Origin: Azolla caroliniana
Taxonomy: Eukaryota > Plantae > Polypodiophyta
Assembly (NCBI GenBank): GCA_043228905.1
Contig: JBHGNT010000021.1
Location: 3,348,001 to 3,412,000, forward strand
Reading direction: 5' to 3'
Length of the DNA stretch: 64,000 bases
Shown here: positions 61,588-64,000 of the stretch, piece after piece
Position numbering within the stretch: position 1 is the stretch's first letter
Layout: each line of letters starts with the position of its first letter
Notes under the pieces: model-generated
Told to the model about the DNA's origin: nothing
Databases searched by the model: none
Seen by the model: only the letters and a program-made list of their open reading frames with translations
Translations under genes and position numbers: made by a program

Positions 61588-64000
61588 TATTATAGATCTA
61601 GATACTAATGTAAGCTTAAGATAAGGATAATGAAAGATAGATAGAAAGGAGAAAGAGAAAGAAGGGTGCCGATCCACCCGACCACCCCCGAGCGAAGGGA
61701 TCGAGACGGACTCGAGCCTCGATCGGCGTCCCATACCACCGCCGTGGCGTCGAGTCGTACCTGGTGCTGGCGCGCTCGCTACAAGAGTTGACCCACCACA
61801 CGAGCAGAGTCTCGATGTAGTAAAAAAGATCATCAAATGAGGGTAGCTAGGCCTCTTATTTATAGCGAAACCCAAGGCCCCCAGGCAAGTTCACACTTGA
61901 CCTAATGGGTTGTCTCAATCCCGAGGATTAAAAGTAATCCTCCCCTTCTTTACACTCTCATTTAACCCTCACACTTATCCACGTGTATAGATTACTACGG
62001 TAAATTCTTACCACGGGATATTATATGGTCATGCCCGTAACATACTCCCCCTCTTTAAAACATTGCACTCTTGCAATGGAAAGTTAGGGAAGTTAGTTCT
62101 AAGAGTATTTTCGCGTTCCCATGTGGCATCTTTTATTGATTTATCCATCCATTTTATTTTGAATTCTCGGATTTCTTTAGTACGTAATTTTTTTGTTTTA
62201 ACATCGAGAATTCTTTCTGGTACATGTGGTTTAGAAGATAATTCTTCAGAAGTAACCAGAGTTTCAGTCGTAACTGTATTGTCGCCAGAACCTAGAAGTT
62301 CTTTTAGACGACTCACATGAAAGACTGGATGAATTCCGACACCATCAGGAAGAGCAAGACGATAGGCTGATGACCCAATGCGTTTGAGGACTGTAAAAGG
62401 TCCACAAAACCGTGGGGCTAACTTAGCGCACTTACCCGTAGACAATGTCTTAGAATTGTGAGGTACACGTAAAAATACCTTCTGTCCAGGGTTGAATACA
62501 CGAGGTTGCCTATGATGATCGGCATAAAAACGCGCTCTATCTTGAGCTGTTTTTATATTATCTCGTGCAATATGCAACATATCTTGCATATCCCGAAGAA
62601 AGTTTTGCGTACTTCGCAACTCATCATGATGTATATTAACATCAATCGGGGCTCGTGGCTGAAAACCATACATCAACATAAAAGGACTATATCCCGTCGA
62701 CGTATGCTTGGAGCTGTTATAAGCAAACTCCAAAATTGGGAGATAACGTTCCCATTTTGTTGGTTTTGCACCAACGTATGCTCGAAGCATGTCCTCAATA
62801 ATTTGATTTACTCGTTCTGTCTGTCCATCGGATTGAGGATGATCCGTGGAGCTCATGCTCAACGTAGTTTCTAACTTCTTAAAGACTTGTGTCCAGAAGT
62901 CACTAGTAAACTTTGGATCTCGATCACTCACGATATCCATCGGTAACCCATAAAAACGAAACAATTCGTCAACGAATTGGTAAGCCAATTCAGGAGCTGT
63001 TACCGTGGTTTTAGTAGCAATAAATCTGGCCATTTTAGTTAGTCGATCAACGACAACCCAGATGGCATCATGACCTTTTTGGGTGCGAGGAAGGCTAACA
63101 ATAAAATCCATGGATATACTTTCCCACTTATTATTGGGAATGTCCAGGGGATGTAAAAGTCCTGCGACTTTAAGTCGCTCGGCTTTGTTAACCTGACACT
63201 GGTGACATTTAGTCACATAGCTATGTATGTCAGGACGCATCTTAGGCCAATAAAATTGAGTGGAGATGAGAACGAGTGTACGATGTATTCCAGGGTGCCC
63301 TGCTGAGGGTACATCATGGCATTCAAAAAGAATCCTCTTTTTGACCTCGGGTAAATCTGGAACACAAACCTTCCCATTACGGTAGAGCAAACCGTTAGCA
63401 ATGTGGAAGTATTCCTTCGAGGATGTGGTGGTGTCTGTTCCAGACTCAACTCTTGCCCAGTATTTTGCGAAATAACTGTCATCAGGATACTTTCCTCGAA
63501 GGTGATCATAAAGATCTGATGATATTTCAGTGAAGCTAAGCGTGTTAACTTCACGGATGCGACTTAGTGCATCAGCGACAGTGTTCATGGAACCTTTACG
63601 ATATCGTATGGAAAAATCAAAGTCCTGGATGAGATCAGCCCATCGTGCCTTACGACCTTTCAGGTCTTGTTGGTCACAAAAATATTTCAAGGACTCGTGG
63701 TCCGTAGTTACCACAAAGTGATTTCCATAAAGATAATGGCGCCATGTTTTGAGCGCATGTATAACTGCAAATAATTCCTTTTCTTGAACTGTATACCGAC
63801 ATTGAGCAGAATCAAGTTTCTTACTCTCGAATGCTATTGGTTTACCATCTTGATACAAGACAGCACCTATAGCATAATCGCTTGCATCGGTTTCAACCTC
63901 AAAAGGTTTTGAAGGATCAGGTAAAAGAAGTGAAGGAGCCTTGCAAACTAGGTCCTTGAGTTCCTTAAATGCAAGGTCTAGTGTAGCATTCCACACAATA
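61588..64000 (-). mobile_element. 3' part of a younger copy of the tRNA-iMet chromovirus family (3' LTR about 61588-62042)
   Basis: LTR homologous to 35065-35516. PPT reads AAAGAGGGGGAG on the - strand (about 62045-62057). The element continues beyond the window. Confidence 0.92.
62029..63996 (-). CDS. Ty3/gypsy Pol C-terminal part (RNase H, integrase, chromodomain-like), uninterrupted
   Basis: ETDASDYA, QEKELFAVI, CHD...AGH...CHQC, SMDFI, SDRD, SDGQTER, CGPF, HPVFHVS, ERILD...IKW...ATWE. It is the intact counterpart of 33140-35078. Confidence 0.94.
   Translation of the reverse strand: MWNATLDLAFKELKDLVCKAPSLLLPDPSKPFEVETDASDYAIGAVLYQDGKPIAFESKKLDSAQCRYTVQEKELFAVIHALKTWRHYLYGNHFVVTTDHESLKYFCDQQDLKGRKARWADLIQDFDFSIRYRKGSMNTVADALSRIREVNTLSFTEISSDLYDHLRGKYPDDSYFAKYWARVESGTDTTTSSKEYFHIANGLLYRNGKVCVPDLPEVKKRILFECHDVPSAGHPGIHRTLVLISTQFYWPKMRPDIHSYVTKCHQCQVNKAERLKVAGLLHPLDIPNNKWESISMDFIVSLPRTQKGHDAIWVVVDRLTKMARFIATKTTVTAPELAYQFVDELFRFYGLPMDIVSDRDPKFTSDFWTQVFKKLETTLSMSSTDHPQSDGQTERVNQIIEDMLRAYVGAKPTKWERYLPILEFAYNSSKHTSTGYSPFMLMYGFQPRAPIDVNIHHDELRSTQNFLRDMQDMLHIARDNIKTAQDRARFYADHHRQPRVFNPGQKVFLRVPHNSKTLSTGKCAKLAPRFCGPFTVLKRIGSSAYRLALPDGVGIHPVFHVSRLKELLGSGDNTVTTETLVTSEELSSKPHVPERILDVKTKKLRTKEIREFKIKWMDKSIKDATWERENTLRTNFPNFPLQECNVLKRGSMLRA

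Overview
Eukaryotic plant nuclear DNA, most likely a fern or other seed-free vascular plant (inferred from the long PLS-class PPR genes and Tcn1/sushi-like chromoviruses). It holds three host genes: a 13-exon SEC14-nodulin (SFH) lipid-transfer gene (- strand, 6809-10072) and two divergent, apparently intronless PLS-class PPR genes (52579-54954 -, 57025-60906 +). The rest is mostly nested retroelements: two Ty1/copia, several Ty3/gypsy chromoviruses, a non-autonomous LTR element, at least four solo LTRs and two LINEs. Most junctions resolve to the base from target-site duplications (TSDs) and restored host reading frames. Main observations: (1) five LTR insertions share a 4-bp CpG-centred target (ACGN), and the one complete copy has an 18-nt tRNA-Trp primer-binding site (PBS) and no pol of its own; (2) a chromovirus has a Tf1-style 11-nt self-priming site and a PEG10/sushi-like -1 frameshift signal; (3) two different LTRs carry an antisense tRNA-like Pol III A/B-box module; (4) one PPR protein ends in an apparently dead DYW relic. 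All calls were made by eye, without database searches.
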